This document shows positions 18,514 through 27,907 of a stretch of 32,000 bases of DNA, piece by piece. The stretch comes from Mycobacterium tuberculosis H37Rv (GTDB taxonomy: Bacteria > Actinomycetota > Actinomycetes > Mycobacteriales > Mycobacteriaceae). Made by a program: the position numbers and the translations under genes. Position 1 is the first letter of the stretch. Each line of letters starts with the position of its first letter. Under the pieces are notes generated by a model. The model ran no database searches. It was not told the DNA's origin and was given only the letters and a program-made list of their open reading frames with translations. The DNA is taken from NCBI RefSeq assembly GCF_000195955.2, contig NC_000962.3, positions 120,001 through 152,000 on the forward strand. Reading direction: 5' to 3'.

Positions 18514-19673
18514 TGGCGATCTTGCGCGGGCGAGCGCCGTTGCGGCTCGGACTCGGCGGTGGCGGGACAGACGTGGAACCGTACTCGAGCCAGTTTGGCG
18601 GACGAATTCTTAGCGTAACCATCGACAAATACGCCTACGCGTTCGCGGAGCGCGGAACAGGAGATGAGATCGCCTTTCGCTCGCCGGACCGCGACCGAGC
18701 CGGCCAGGCCTCGATCGACGATCTGGCGTCTCTCGAAGAAGACTTTCCGTTGCACGTCGCCGTCTACCGGCGGGTGATTGCGGAGTTCAACGGTGGTACA
18801 CCGTTTCCGCTCCAGCTGGCGACGCAGGTGGACGCTCCTCCCGGGTCGGGGCTGGGCTCGTCGTCTGCTTTGGTGGTGGCGATGCTTCTCACGACATGTG
18901 CGCTCATCGGCTCGTCGCCGGGCCCATACGAGCTGGCGCGACTGGCCTGGGAAATCGAACGGGTTGATCTCGGCATGGCCGGTGGTTGGCAAGACCACTA
19001 CGCCGCGGCTTTCGGCGGCTTCAACTTCATGGAGTCCCGCCCCAACGGAGAAGTCGTGGTGAATCCGCTTCGGATACGGCGGGAGGTGATCGCCGAACTG
19101 GAAGCTTCCCTTCTTCTGTACTTCGGCGGCGTCTCCAGGCTGTCGTCGGAAGTCATCGCCGATCAACAACGCAATGTCGTCGAGCGAGACGCGGACGCGC
19201 TTGCGGCCACTCACTCGATCTGCGCCGAGGCACTCGAAATGAAGGATCTTCTCGTGGTGGGTGACATACCCGGCTTCGCCGATTCACTGCTTCGCGGCTG
19301 GCAAGCGAAAAAGCGGACGTCAACCCGAATCTCGAACCCCGCAATCGAGCACGCTTACCAGGTCGCGCAGTCCAGCGGCATGGTCGCCGGGAAAGTCTCG
19401 GGTGCCGGTGGGGGTGGCTTCCTCATGATGATCGTGGACCCGCGTCGCCGTATCGAAGTCGCACGCAGCCTCGAACGAGAGTGCGGAGGATCGGTGGCTC
19501 CTTGCCTGTTTACCAAAGGCGGAGCGGTGACCTGGCATATCCCAGAGTCCACGGCACCCGTAAGGCGTGGAGTTGCTGATGCCGTGGCTTCAGCGCTCGG
19601 AAACGCTGGAATCTTGCTGTGTGCTGGCTGTGTCCTTGCGACGAGCCACTCGACTTGGCGCGTACCGGTTTGA
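18513..19673 (+). CDS. hddA: D-glycero-alpha-D-manno-heptose 7-phosphate kinase (GHMP family)
   Basis: [38 protein letters not shown] (GHMP ATP-binding motif), [17 protein letters not shown]. Overlaps the gmhB stop region. Confidence 0.93.
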
Positions 19674-19676
19674 CGA
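19606..19676 (+). repeat. 71-bp direct repeat, copy B (overlaps the hddA 3' end)
   Basis: CTGGAATCTTGCTGTGTGCTGGCTGTGTCCTTGCGACGAGCCACTCGACTTGGCGCGTACCGGTTTGACGA pairs with 16043..16113. Confidence 0.85.
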
Positions 19677-19790
19677 TCGGGGAGCCCAGTGCAAGCATGA
19701 GACCCCGCAAGCACCGGGCGCTGACGCCTCTTCGTGAGGTGACTGAGACGACACCTCCGTGTGTCCTGGCCGTGAGGAGGTGAGGGCGAG

Positions 19791-19865
19791 ATGAGTCCGA
19801 GCGACAGTCCCGATCCGACATTCGTCTTGTCCCGATCTGGCTCCGGCATTCTTTCTGCCTTCTGA
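19791..19865 (+). CDS. Possible 24-aa small protein/leader peptide
   Basis: ATG at 19791 preceded by GTGAGGAGGTGAGGGCGAG (strong SD-like). Translates to MSPSDSPDPTFVLSRSGSGILSAF. Sequence evidence only. Confidence 0.25.
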   Translation: MSPSDSPDPTFVLSRSGSGILSAF

Positions 19866-19955
19866 GCTTTCGCGAGTTACTGCGCATGTCCGATGTGGCG
19901 CAGTTGTGGCGTTCTGAATGACGCACGCTGATCGGGCTTCCTGCAGGAGAAGAAC

Positions 19956-20144
19956 ATGACCACGATGATCATGACTTTTGTTGTTCCACAACGTGTTACC
20001 CGTGCGACGAAAGGGCGGGCACGGTCGCTGCTGCGGGTGAGTCGGCGTCTGACGGACACGTTTCGCGCACCGCTCGCCTGGACCCCGCAGGAGCGGGCCG
20101 ACCGGTATGTGGCACGTATGCCGATCGCGGTGATTGCGGACTGA
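19956..20144 (+). CDS. Possible 62-aa small basic protein
   Basis: ATG at 19956 preceded by GCAGGAGAAGAAC (good SD spacing). MTTMIMTFVVPQRVTRATKGRARSLLRVSRRLTDTFRAPLAWTPQERADRYVARMPIAVIAD. Sits in an otherwise empty gap. Confidence 0.45.
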   Translation: MTTMIMTFVVPQRVTRATKGRARSLLRVSRRLTDTFRAPLAWTPQERADRYVARMPIAVIAD

Positions 20145-20266
20145 GCGGGCGTCGGCGCGTGGCGCGGTTACCCGTTGGACCGGCGCTAGCCCAACCCGCG
20201 CGCGCGTGTTGGTACACCGACACGCTGTCTGGGCCCTACAACTGCGCACGCTCGCGGCCAGTGCCG

Positions 20267-21022
20267 CTAGCCGACCACCTCAATGGGATCACCAACGGTG
20301 ACGGCGTCGAAGTACCATGCCGCGTTGTCCGGGCTGAGGTTGATACAGCCGTGGCTGACGTTGGCGTATCCCTGCGAGTTGACCGACCAGGGGGCCGAGT
20401 GCACGTACACGCCGCTCCAGGTAACACGAACCGCGTAGTGGGCGGTGAGCAGATACCCGTCCGAGGAATTCAGCGGGATGCCGATGGTACGCGAGTCCAT
20501 CACGACCGTGCGCTCCTTGGACATTGCGTGAAAGCTACCGATTGGTGTCGGGCGGCTGGGCTTGCCTAACGACGCGGGCATGGTGCGGAGGACTTCTCCG
20601 TTTCTGCTGACCGTGAAGGTATGTGCCGAGATGCTGGCAACCCCGATCAGTGCGTCACCGGTCTCGAATCCTTCGGTCAGTTCCTGCACACCCACCGAGA
20701 CACGGGTGTGAGGTGGCCAATACCGGTGGGGCACCCACCGCACGACATTGCTAGCGACCCACTCGAAGTGTCCGGTCGTGTTGTGCGGTGTGCTGATGCG
20801 GATGGACCGCTCGACGGCGCGGCGATCGGTCACGGGCGTGGTGAATGTCACCACCACCGGGTGCGCCACCCCCACCACGGCACCATTAGCCGGCGACACC
20901 GACGCAACGCCTGGGATCGGTTGGAGTGGCGGGACCGCGGCGGTCGCTATGCTGACTGATTCCGCGGTGAGCATCAGCGTGATCGCGACCACAACGGATA
21001 GATAACGAACCACTCGACGCAT
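20267..21022 (-). CDS. ldtA: L,D-transpeptidase (YkuD domain, LdtMt1)
   Basis: Signal peptide MRRVVRYLSVVVAITLMLTAES. Catalytic YVHSAPWSVNSQGYANVSHGCINLS. 251 aa from ATG at 21022. Confidence 0.94.
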   Translation of the reverse strand: MRRVVRYLSVVVAITLMLTAESVSIATAAVPPLQPIPGVASVSPANGAVVGVAHPVVVTFTTPVTDRRAVERSIRISTPHNTTGHFEWVASNVVRWVPHRYWPPHTRVSVGVQELTEGFETGDALIGVASISAHTFTVSRNGEVLRTMPASLGKPSRPTPIGSFHAMSKERTVVMDSRTIGIPLNSSDGYLLTAHYAVRVTWSGVYVHSAPWSVNSQGYANVSHGCINLSPDNAAWYFDAVTVGDPIEVVG

Positions 21023-21199
21023 GGCGTCCACCCTCCCGAGATGGTGCGATCGACACACGACATTCTAGTGACCATCGACCCATTGCGGGCCGAGCAAGCA
21101 GTTTCTGGATAGCCCCGCCGCCCCGCGGGTGCGGATTGGCAGGCCGCGCGGCCTCGCGTTAGCCTCAGCGGAATCGGTGCCAAGGCCGAGGAGGTGCGG

Positions 21200-22144
21200 G
21201 TGCTCTTCCGTCAGCTGGAGTACTTCGTCGCGGTCGCCCAGGAGCGGCATTTCGCTCGGGCCGCTGAGAAGTGCTACGTGTCGCAACCTGCGCTGTCTTC
21301 GGCAATCGCCAAGCTCGAACGCGAACTCAACGTCACCCTGATCAATCGCGGACACAGTTTCGAAGGCCTTACTCGCGAGGGTGAGCGGTTGGTGGTATGG
21401 GCCAAGCGGATACTTGCCGAGCACGCTGCGTTCAAGGCCGAGGTGGATGCGGTGCGGTCCGGGATAACCGGGACGCTTCGGCTAGGCACGGTTCCCACCG
21501 CGTCAACGACGGCATCCCTGGTGCTGTCGGCGTTTTGCTCGGCGCACCCGTTGGCGAAGGTGCAAGTCTGTTCCCGGCTGGCTGCGACCGAGCTGTACCG
21601 ACGGCTGCGCGAATTCGAGCTCGATGCCGTCATCGTGCACCCCGAGACCCAAGACAGTGATGATGTTGATCTGGTGCCGCTCTATGAGGAGCAGTACGTG
21701 CTGTTGTCGCCGGCGGATATGCTGCCGCCGGGGACATCGACGTTGGTGTGGCGGGATGCCGCGCAACTACCGTTGGCATTGCTCACTGCGGATATGCGGG
21801 ACCGCCAGGTTATCGACGCCGCGTTCGCCGACCACGCGGTCTCGGCGATCCCGCAGGTCGAAACCGATTCCGTTGCTTCGCTGTTCGCACAGGTGGCAAC
21901 CGGCAACTGGGCGTCCATCGTTCCGCACACCTGGCTATGGGCAATGCCAATGAGCGGGCCGACGGGTGGTGAGATCCGCGCGGTCGAATTGGTCGATCCG
22001 GTGCTGAAAGCCCAGATCGCCCTGGCTACCAACGCCTTGGGACCGGGATCTCCGGTTGCCCGAGCGCTCATAACATGCGCGCAGGCGCTGGCGCTGAACG
22101 AATTCTTTGACACGCAGCTGCGGGGGATCACCCGTCGCCGCTGA
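21200..22144 (+). CDS. oxyS: LysR-family transcriptional regulator OxyS
   Basis: N-terminal HTH (FRQLEYFVAVAQERHFARAAEKCYVSQPALSSAIAKLERELNVTLINR) and LysR substrate-binding region. GTG start. Confidence 0.93.
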   Translation: MLFRQLEYFVAVAQERHFARAAEKCYVSQPALSSAIAKLERELNVTLINRGHSFEGLTREGERLVVWAKRILAEHAAFKAEVDAVRSGITGTLRLGTVPTASTTASLVLSAFCSAHPLAKVQVCSRLAATELYRRLREFELDAVIVHPETQDSDDVDLVPLYEEQYVLLSPADMLPPGTSTLVWRDAAQLPLALLTADMRDRQVIDAAFADHAVSAIPQVETDSVASLFAQVATGNWASIVPHTWLWAMPMSGPTGGEIRAVELVDPVLKAQIALATNALGPGSPVARALITCAQALALNEFFDTQLRGITRRR

Positions 22145-23876
22145 TCGCGGGCGTCGCTGCGCTGGTAGTGTTCAGCTTCGCCAGGTGGCCGCTCTCCACC
22201 CCGTCTGCAGGGTCGAGTTCGCAGTCGATGAGTGACGGTCCGTTCGATGCCAGTGCATCGGTCAGCGCCGACTCCAGTTCGGTTGGGGTGCTTACGTGAT
22301 ATCCTTTGCCGCCGAACGCCTCTGCGATCAGTTCGTGACGTGCATGAGCGTTCAGCACGGTGGGCGCTGGGTCGTGTCGCCACACCGGGGCGGCCGACCT
22401 AAAGATCGTTGCCTCGTCGCCGCGGTAGACGCCGCCGTTGTTGAGGATGACGACGGTGACCGGGAGTCGGTATCGGCAGATGGTCTCGAACTCCATGCCG
22501 CTGAAGCCAAATGCGCTGTCGCCCTCGATCGCCACGACAGGTCGCCCGGTCTCGACGGCGGCCGCGATGGCGTAGCCCATGCCGATGCCCATCACGCCCC
22601 AGGTTCCGCTGTCGAGCCGGTGCCGCGGTAGGTGCATGTCGATGATGTTGCGGGCGAGGTCCAGCGCGTTGGCGCCTTCGTTGACCACATAGACATCCGG
22701 GTTGCGTTGCAGCACAGACCTAATGGCACCAAGCGCGTTGTAGAACCGCATCGGATGATGATCGTCGGCCAACCGCCGACGCATCTTGGCACTGTTGCGG
22801 GCCTTGCGGTCGGCGAGCTCGCCGGTCCACGCCGCCGAGGCCACGCTCGAACGATCGGCCGCAGCTTCGAGGAGCGCCGACATTACCGAGCCGATGTCGC
22901 CGGTCAGCGGTGCCACGATCGGCCGGTTGCTGTCAAACTCCGACGCCTCGATATCGACCTGGATGAACTTGGCATCGGCCGACCATTGCGGCGACTCTCC
23001 GTTGCCTAGTAGCCAATTCAGCCGAGCGCCAACCAGCAGCACCACGTCGGCGCGGGCCATCGCCAGCGAACGAGCCGCAGCCGCCGACTGCGGGTGTGAG
23101 TCGGGCAGCAGCCCCTTGGCCATCGACATCGGCAGGAAGGGAATGCCGGTGTGCTCCACAAACTCCCGAATAACGTTGTCGGCCTGCGCATATGCCGCGC
23201 CCTTGCTGAGCACGAGCAGCGGTCGCTGCGCTTGGGCGAGCACGTCCAGCGCGCGATCAATCGCCTCCGGTGCCGGCAGTAGTCGGGGAGCCGGGTCCAC
23301 CGGCCGCCAAATGGCGCCGGAAGCAGCCGATGCCTCAACGGCCTGGCCCAGCACATCGCCGGGGATATCGAGGTATACACCGCCGGGCCGCCCGGAGGTC
23401 GCGGTGCGAATGGCGCGCGCGACGCCGCGCCCGATGTCCTGGACTTGGCCGATCCGATACGCCGCCTTCACGAACGGTCGAGCGGCGTTGAGCTGGTCGA
23501 GGTCCTGATAGTCGCCGCGCTGCAGGTCGACCATCGGCCGGCTGCTCGATCCGGAGATCTGGATCATCGGGAAGCAGTTCGTGGTGGCGTTCGCCAGCGC
23601 GGGCAGGCCGTTGAGAAAGCCGGGGCCGGACGTCGTCAGACACACGCCGGGCCGTGCGGTGAGGAACCCCGCGGCGGCCGCCGCATTGCCCGCTGATGCT
23701 TCGTGGCGGAAACCGATATAGCGGATCCCCGAGGCTTGGGCGGCGCGAGCCAGGTCGGTGATCGGGATGCCGACAACGCCGTAGATGGTGTCGACGTCGT
23801 TGGCTTTGAGGGCGTCCACCACCAGGTGGCAGCCGTCGGTCAGCACTGTGCAGGGAGATGCCGATCGTGTGGTCAT
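22128..23876 (-). CDS. oxcA: Oxalyl-CoA decarboxylase-like ThDP enzyme
   Basis: ThDP enzyme features: YGVVGIPITDLARAAQASGIRYIGFRHE, EGDSAFGFSGMEFETICRYRLPVTVVILNNGGVY (ThDP-binding GDSxx...N). 582 aa from ATG at 23876. Confidence 0.92.
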   Translation of the reverse strand: MTTRSASPCTVLTDGCHLVVDALKANDVDTIYGVVGIPITDLARAAQASGIRYIGFRHEASAGNAAAAAGFLTARPGVCLTTSGPGFLNGLPALANATTNCFPMIQISGSSSRPMVDLQRGDYQDLDQLNAARPFVKAAYRIGQVQDIGRGVARAIRTATSGRPGGVYLDIPGDVLGQAVEASAASGAIWRPVDPAPRLLPAPEAIDRALDVLAQAQRPLLVLSKGAAYAQADNVIREFVEHTGIPFLPMSMAKGLLPDSHPQSAAAARSLAMARADVVLLVGARLNWLLGNGESPQWSADAKFIQVDIEASEFDSNRPIVAPLTGDIGSVMSALLEAAADRSSVASAAWTGELADRKARNSAKMRRRLADDHHPMRFYNALGAIRSVLQRNPDVYVVNEGANALDLARNIIDMHLPRHRLDSGTWGVMGIGMGYAIAAAVETGRPVVAIEGDSAFGFSGMEFETICRYRLPVTVVILNNGGVYRGDEATIFRSAAPVWRHDPAPTVLNAHARHELIAEAFGGKGYHVSTPTELESALTDALASNGPSLIDCELDPADGVESGHLAKLNTTSAATPAISGDG

Positions 23877-24048
23877 GGTGTTCACTGTTGTCCGGGGCGC
23901 CGGCCGTGTCCAAGACCGAGTCACTATGCAGCGATTTACGCGGTCTATCAACCGTTAGCGGATCGGTATTGGACGCCGGGCAGGCGAGCCCGGCACTGTG
24001 CTGATCGTGCCGAACCCGCACACCGAACACATGGAAGGAGCGTTCGCG

Positions 24049-25626
24049 ATGGCATCCGACTTCGGCCCGCGCATCGCCGATCTTGTCGAGGTGGCGGCGA
24101 CCCGGCTGCCCGAGGCTCCGGCGCTCGTCGTCACCGCGGATCGCATCGCGATCAGCCACCGCGACCTGGCCCGTCTGGTTGATGAGCTGGCCGGCCAGCT
24201 GACGCGGTCCGGCCTGCTGCCCGGTGACCGGGTCGCGCTGCGCATGGGCAGCAACGCCGAATTCGTCGTCGCCTTGCTGGCGGCGTCGCGTGCGGATCTC
24301 GTCGTCGTGCCGCTGGATCCGGCGCTGCCCATCACCGAGCAACGCGTCCGAAGCCAGGCCGCGGGAGCCCGGGTGGTGCTGATTGACGCGGATGGGCCGC
24401 ACGACAGGGCAGAACCCACCACCCGGTGGTGGCCGCTCACGGTGAACGTCGGCGGTGACAGCGGCCCCTCGGGTGGCACCTTGTCGGTCCACCTGGACGC
24501 CGCCACCGAGCCGAACCCCGCAACCTCGACGCCCGAGGGACTGCGACCCGATGACGCCATGATCATGTTCACCGGCGGGACGACCGGCCTGCCGAAGATG
24601 GTCCCCTGGACGCACGCAAACATCGCCAGCTCGGTCCGCGCCATCATCACCGGGTACCGGCTGAGCCCGCGGGACGCCACCGTTGCGGTGATGCCGCTCT
24701 ACCATGGCCACGGGCTGATCGCGTCGTTGCTTGCCACCCTGGCGTCCGGCGGCGCGGTGTCGCTGCCCGCACGCGGGCGATTCTCCGCGCACACCTTCTG
24801 GGACGACATCAAAGCCGTTGGAGCCACCTGGTATACGGCGGTTCCGACGATTCACCAAATCCTGCTGGAGCGATCGGCAACCGAACCGTCGGGGCGCAAA
24901 CCTGCCGCACTGCGTTTCATCCGCAGCTGCAGCGCACCGCTCACTGCCCAAGCCGCGCTAGCACTGCAAACCGAGTTCGCGGCACCGGTCGTGTGTGCCT
25001 TCGGCATGACCGAAGCCACCCACCAGGTAACGACAACGCAGATTGAGGGTATCGACCAAACCGAAACTCCCGTCGTGTCAACCGGTCTGGTCGGCCGGTC
25101 GACGGGAGCGCAAATCCGGATCGTCGGGTCCGACGGGCTGCCACTGCCCGCGGGCGCGGTCGGGGAGATCTGGCTGCGGGGGACCACCGTGGTACGCGGG
25201 TATCTGGGTGACCCGACGATAACCGCCGCGAATTTCACCGACGGTTGGTTGCGTACCGGTGATCTCGGGTCCCTGTCGGCGGCCGGTGACCTGAGCATCC
25301 GCGGCCGCATCAAGGAACTCATCAACCGAGGTGGTGAAAAGATCTCGCCCGAGCGCGTCGAGGGCGTGCTGGCCAGCCATCCAAACGTCATGGAGGCAGC
25401 CGTATTCGGCGTCCCGCACCAGCTCTACGGCGAGGCGGTCGCGGCGGTGATTGTGCCTCGTGAGTCCGCCCCGCCGACTCGCGAGGAGCTTGTCCAGTTC
25501 TGCCGGGAACGGTTGGCGGCCTTCGAGATCCCGGCCTCCTTCCAGGAGGCCAGCGGGCTGCCGCACACCGCGAAGGGTTCGCTCGACCGCCGCGCTGTCG
25601 CCGAACGGTTCGGCCATTCGGTGTAG
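24049..25626 (+). CDS. fadD7: Acyl-CoA synthetase FadD7 (AMP-forming; candidate oxalyl-CoA synthetase)
   Basis: AMP-binding signature MFTGGTTGLPKMVPWTHANI, GEIWLRG, GWLRTGDLGSLSAAGDLSIRGRIKELINRGGEKISP. Confidence 0.93.
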   Translation: MASDFGPRIADLVEVAATRLPEAPALVVTADRIAISHRDLARLVDELAGQLTRSGLLPGDRVALRMGSNAEFVVALLAASRADLVVVPLDPALPITEQRVRSQAAGARVVLIDADGPHDRAEPTTRWWPLTVNVGGDSGPSGGTLSVHLDAATEPNPATSTPEGLRPDDAMIMFTGGTTGLPKMVPWTHANIASSVRAIITGYRLSPRDATVAVMPLYHGHGLIASLLATLASGGAVSLPARGRFSAHTFWDDIKAVGATWYTAVPTIHQILLERSATEPSGRKPAALRFIRSCSAPLTAQAALALQTEFAAPVVCAFGMTEATHQVTTTQIEGIDQTETPVVSTGLVGRSTGAQIRIVGSDGLPLPAGAVGEIWLRGTTVVRGYLGDPTITAANFTDGWLRTGDLGSLSAAGDLSIRGRIKELINRGGEKISPERVEGVLASHPNVMEAAVFGVPHQLYGEAVAAVIVPRESAPPTREELVQFCRERLAAFEIPASFQEASGLPHTAKGSLDRRAVAERFGHSV

Positions 25627-27771
25627 CTAGCCGGCCCCGGCCTTTACCCGGGCGGCGGCGGATTCCGGCATCGGTTCGTAGCGGGCAAACGAACGGGTGA
25701 AGGATGCGGCCCCATGCGCCAGCGAGCGCAAATCGATTGCGTAGCGGGTCAGCTCGACCTGAGGCACCTCGGCCTTGATCACCGTGCGGTCGTGCCCCGC
25801 GGTCTCGGTGCCGAGCACTCGGCCACGACGACTGGACAGGTCGCCCAACACCGCGCCGACGAAATCGTCGGGTACCAGCACCGAAATCTCATCGATTGGC
25901 TCGAGCAAGATCACCTTCGTCGCGGCCGCGGCCTCCCGCAATGCGAGCGCGCCGGCCATTTGGAAGGCGAAATCGGAAGAGTCGACGCTGTGGGCTTTGC
26001 CGTCGAGCAACGTGACCCGGATATCGACCACCGGGTAGCCGGCGTGCACTCCCTTATCCATCTGTGCGCGGACACCTTTCTCCACATTGGGGATAAACTG
26101 CCGCGGCACCGCCCCGCCAACCACTTTGTCGAGGAACTCGAACCCGGAGCCCTCCGGCAGCGGCTCCACCTCGATGTCGCACACCCCGTACTGACCGTGA
26201 CCACCGGACTGTTTGATGTGGCGGCCATGGCCTTTCGCATTGCCGGCGAAGGTTTCCCGCAGCGGCACCCGCAGCTCGATCGTGTCTACGCTGACGCCGT
26301 ACCGGTTGGCCAGTGTATCCAGGACGACGCCGGCATGGGCCTCGCCCATACACCACAGCACGACCTGATGGGTCTCTTGATTTTGCTCGATCCGCAGTGT
26401 CGGGTCTTCGGCGGCCAACCGGCCCAACCCGACCGACAGCTTGTCTTCGTCGGTCTTGGCATGCGCCGCAATGGCGATCGGCAGCAGCGGCTCGGGCATG
26501 GTCCAGGGTTTCAGCACCAGGGGCTCGGCCTTATCCGAGAGTGTGTCCCCGGTCTCGGCCCGGCTCAGCTTGCCGATGGCGCAGATGTCGCCCGCGACCA
26601 CGGCTGCTGCCGGGCGCTGTTGCTTGCCCAGCGGGAACGACAAGACTCCGATGCGCTCGTCTTCGTCGTGGTCGGGGTGCGTGTTACTAGTTCCGCCGCC
26701 GAAAAACGATGAGAAATGGCCCGACACATGGACCGTCGTGTCGGGCCTGATGGTTCCGGAGAACACCCGCACCAAGCTGACCCGGCCGACGTAGGGGTCC
26801 GACGTCGTCTTCACCACCTCGGCGAGCAACGGCGCGTCATTGTCACAGGCCAGCTCCGCATGCGGGACACCCTGCGGGGTAAAGACCTCCGGCAGTGGGT
26901 GCTCCATCGGAGACGGAAATCCGCGGGTGGCTACCTCAAGCAATTCCAGTGTGCCGACCCCGGTGCTGCTGCACACCGGAATCACCGGGAAGAACGAGCC
27001 TCGGGCGACGGCTTTCTCCAGATCCTGGATCAGCACCGACTCGTCGATCGTCTCGCCGCCGAGGTAGCGCTCCATCAAGGACTCATCCTCGGATTCCTCG
27101 ATGATTCCTTCGATCAAGGCGCCGCGCGCCTCCTCGATTCGCTCGGTGTCCGACTCGGCCGGGGTTCGTGTCGTTCGCTTGCCGTCGGCGTACTCGTACA
27201 GTGCCTGCGAAAGCAATCCGATCAGGCCGTCACCGGACGGCAGGTAGAGCGGTAAGACCTTGTCGCCGAAGGCGTCTTGTGCCGCGGTCAGCGCTTCCCG
27301 GTAGTTCGCCCGGGCGTGGTCCAGCTTGGTGATGACCACCGCGCGGGGCATGCCGACCTGGCTGCATTCCTGCCACAGGGACTTGGTCGGTTCGTCGACG
27401 CCCTCGTTGGCCGCGATCACGAACAGTGCGCAATCGGCGGCCCGCAACCCGGCCCGCAGCTCACCCACGAAGTCGGCGTACCCAGGGGTGTCGACGAGGT
27501 TGACCTTGATGCCGTCGTAAGCCAGCGAGGCGACCGCAAGGCCCACCGAGCGCTGTTGCCGGATCTCCGCCTCGTCGAAGTCGCAGACCGTGGTGCCCTC
27601 GGTGACCGAGCCCGGCCTGGACAACACCTTGGCCGCCACCAGGAGAGCCTCGATGAGGGTGGTCTTGCCGCCCCCCGAGGGCCCCACCAGAACCACGTTG
27701 CGAACGCCGCCGGGCCCGTTTGCGGTGGGAGCGGCGGCCGCGCCCTGGGAAGCATTCACTCTGTCGGCCAT
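25627..27771 (-). CDS. fusA2: Elongation factor G-like protein FusA2
   Basis: GPSGGGKTTLIEALL, NLVDTPGYADFVGELRAGLRAADCALFVI, ITKLDHARANY, EF-G domains II-V. 714 aa from ATG at 27771. Confidence 0.94.
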   Translation of the reverse strand: MADRVNASQGAAAAPTANGPGGVRNVVLVGPSGGGKTTLIEALLVAAKVLSRPGSVTEGTTVCDFDEAEIRQQRSVGLAVASLAYDGIKVNLVDTPGYADFVGELRAGLRAADCALFVIAANEGVDEPTKSLWQECSQVGMPRAVVITKLDHARANYREALTAAQDAFGDKVLPLYLPSGDGLIGLLSQALYEYADGKRTTRTPAESDTERIEEARGALIEGIIEESEDESLMERYLGGETIDESVLIQDLEKAVARGSFFPVIPVCSSTGVGTLELLEVATRGFPSPMEHPLPEVFTPQGVPHAELACDNDAPLLAEVVKTTSDPYVGRVSLVRVFSGTIRPDTTVHVSGHFSSFFGGGTSNTHPDHDEDERIGVLSFPLGKQQRPAAAVVAGDICAIGKLSRAETGDTLSDKAEPLVLKPWTMPEPLLPIAIAAHAKTDEDKLSVGLGRLAAEDPTLRIEQNQETHQVVLWCMGEAHAGVVLDTLANRYGVSVDTIELRVPLRETFAGNAKGHGRHIKQSGGHGQYGVCDIEVEPLPEGSGFEFLDKVVGGAVPRQFIPNVEKGVRAQMDKGVHAGYPVVDIRVTLLDGKAHSVDSSDFAFQMAGALALREAAAATKVILLEPIDEISVLVPDDFVGAVLGDLSSRRGRVLGTETAGHDRTVIKAEVPQVELTRYAIDLRSLAHGAASFTRSFARYEPMPESAAARVKAGAG

Positions 27772-27907
27772 GGCTTTCCTCCAGTTCTCCGGGGTCGGTT
27801 CCCGTGGTGTGGCCCAGCAGGACGTAGTAGGCAACTTTTCTCCCAACTGCCGCCCAGCACAAGGGTCGGGTCAGGTGAGTAGTAGGCAATCGGAGCCGTC
27901 GTTGTGG

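Noticed and set aside
23335-24951. 538-aa reverse ORF spanning the oxcA/fadD7 divergent region
   Set aside because: Antisense to both genes, which have clear catalytic motifs. Arg/Gly/Pro-rich translation with no domain.
25714-26712. 332-aa forward ORF antisense to fusA2
   Set aside because: Opposite a well-supported EF-G frame; no recognisable motif.
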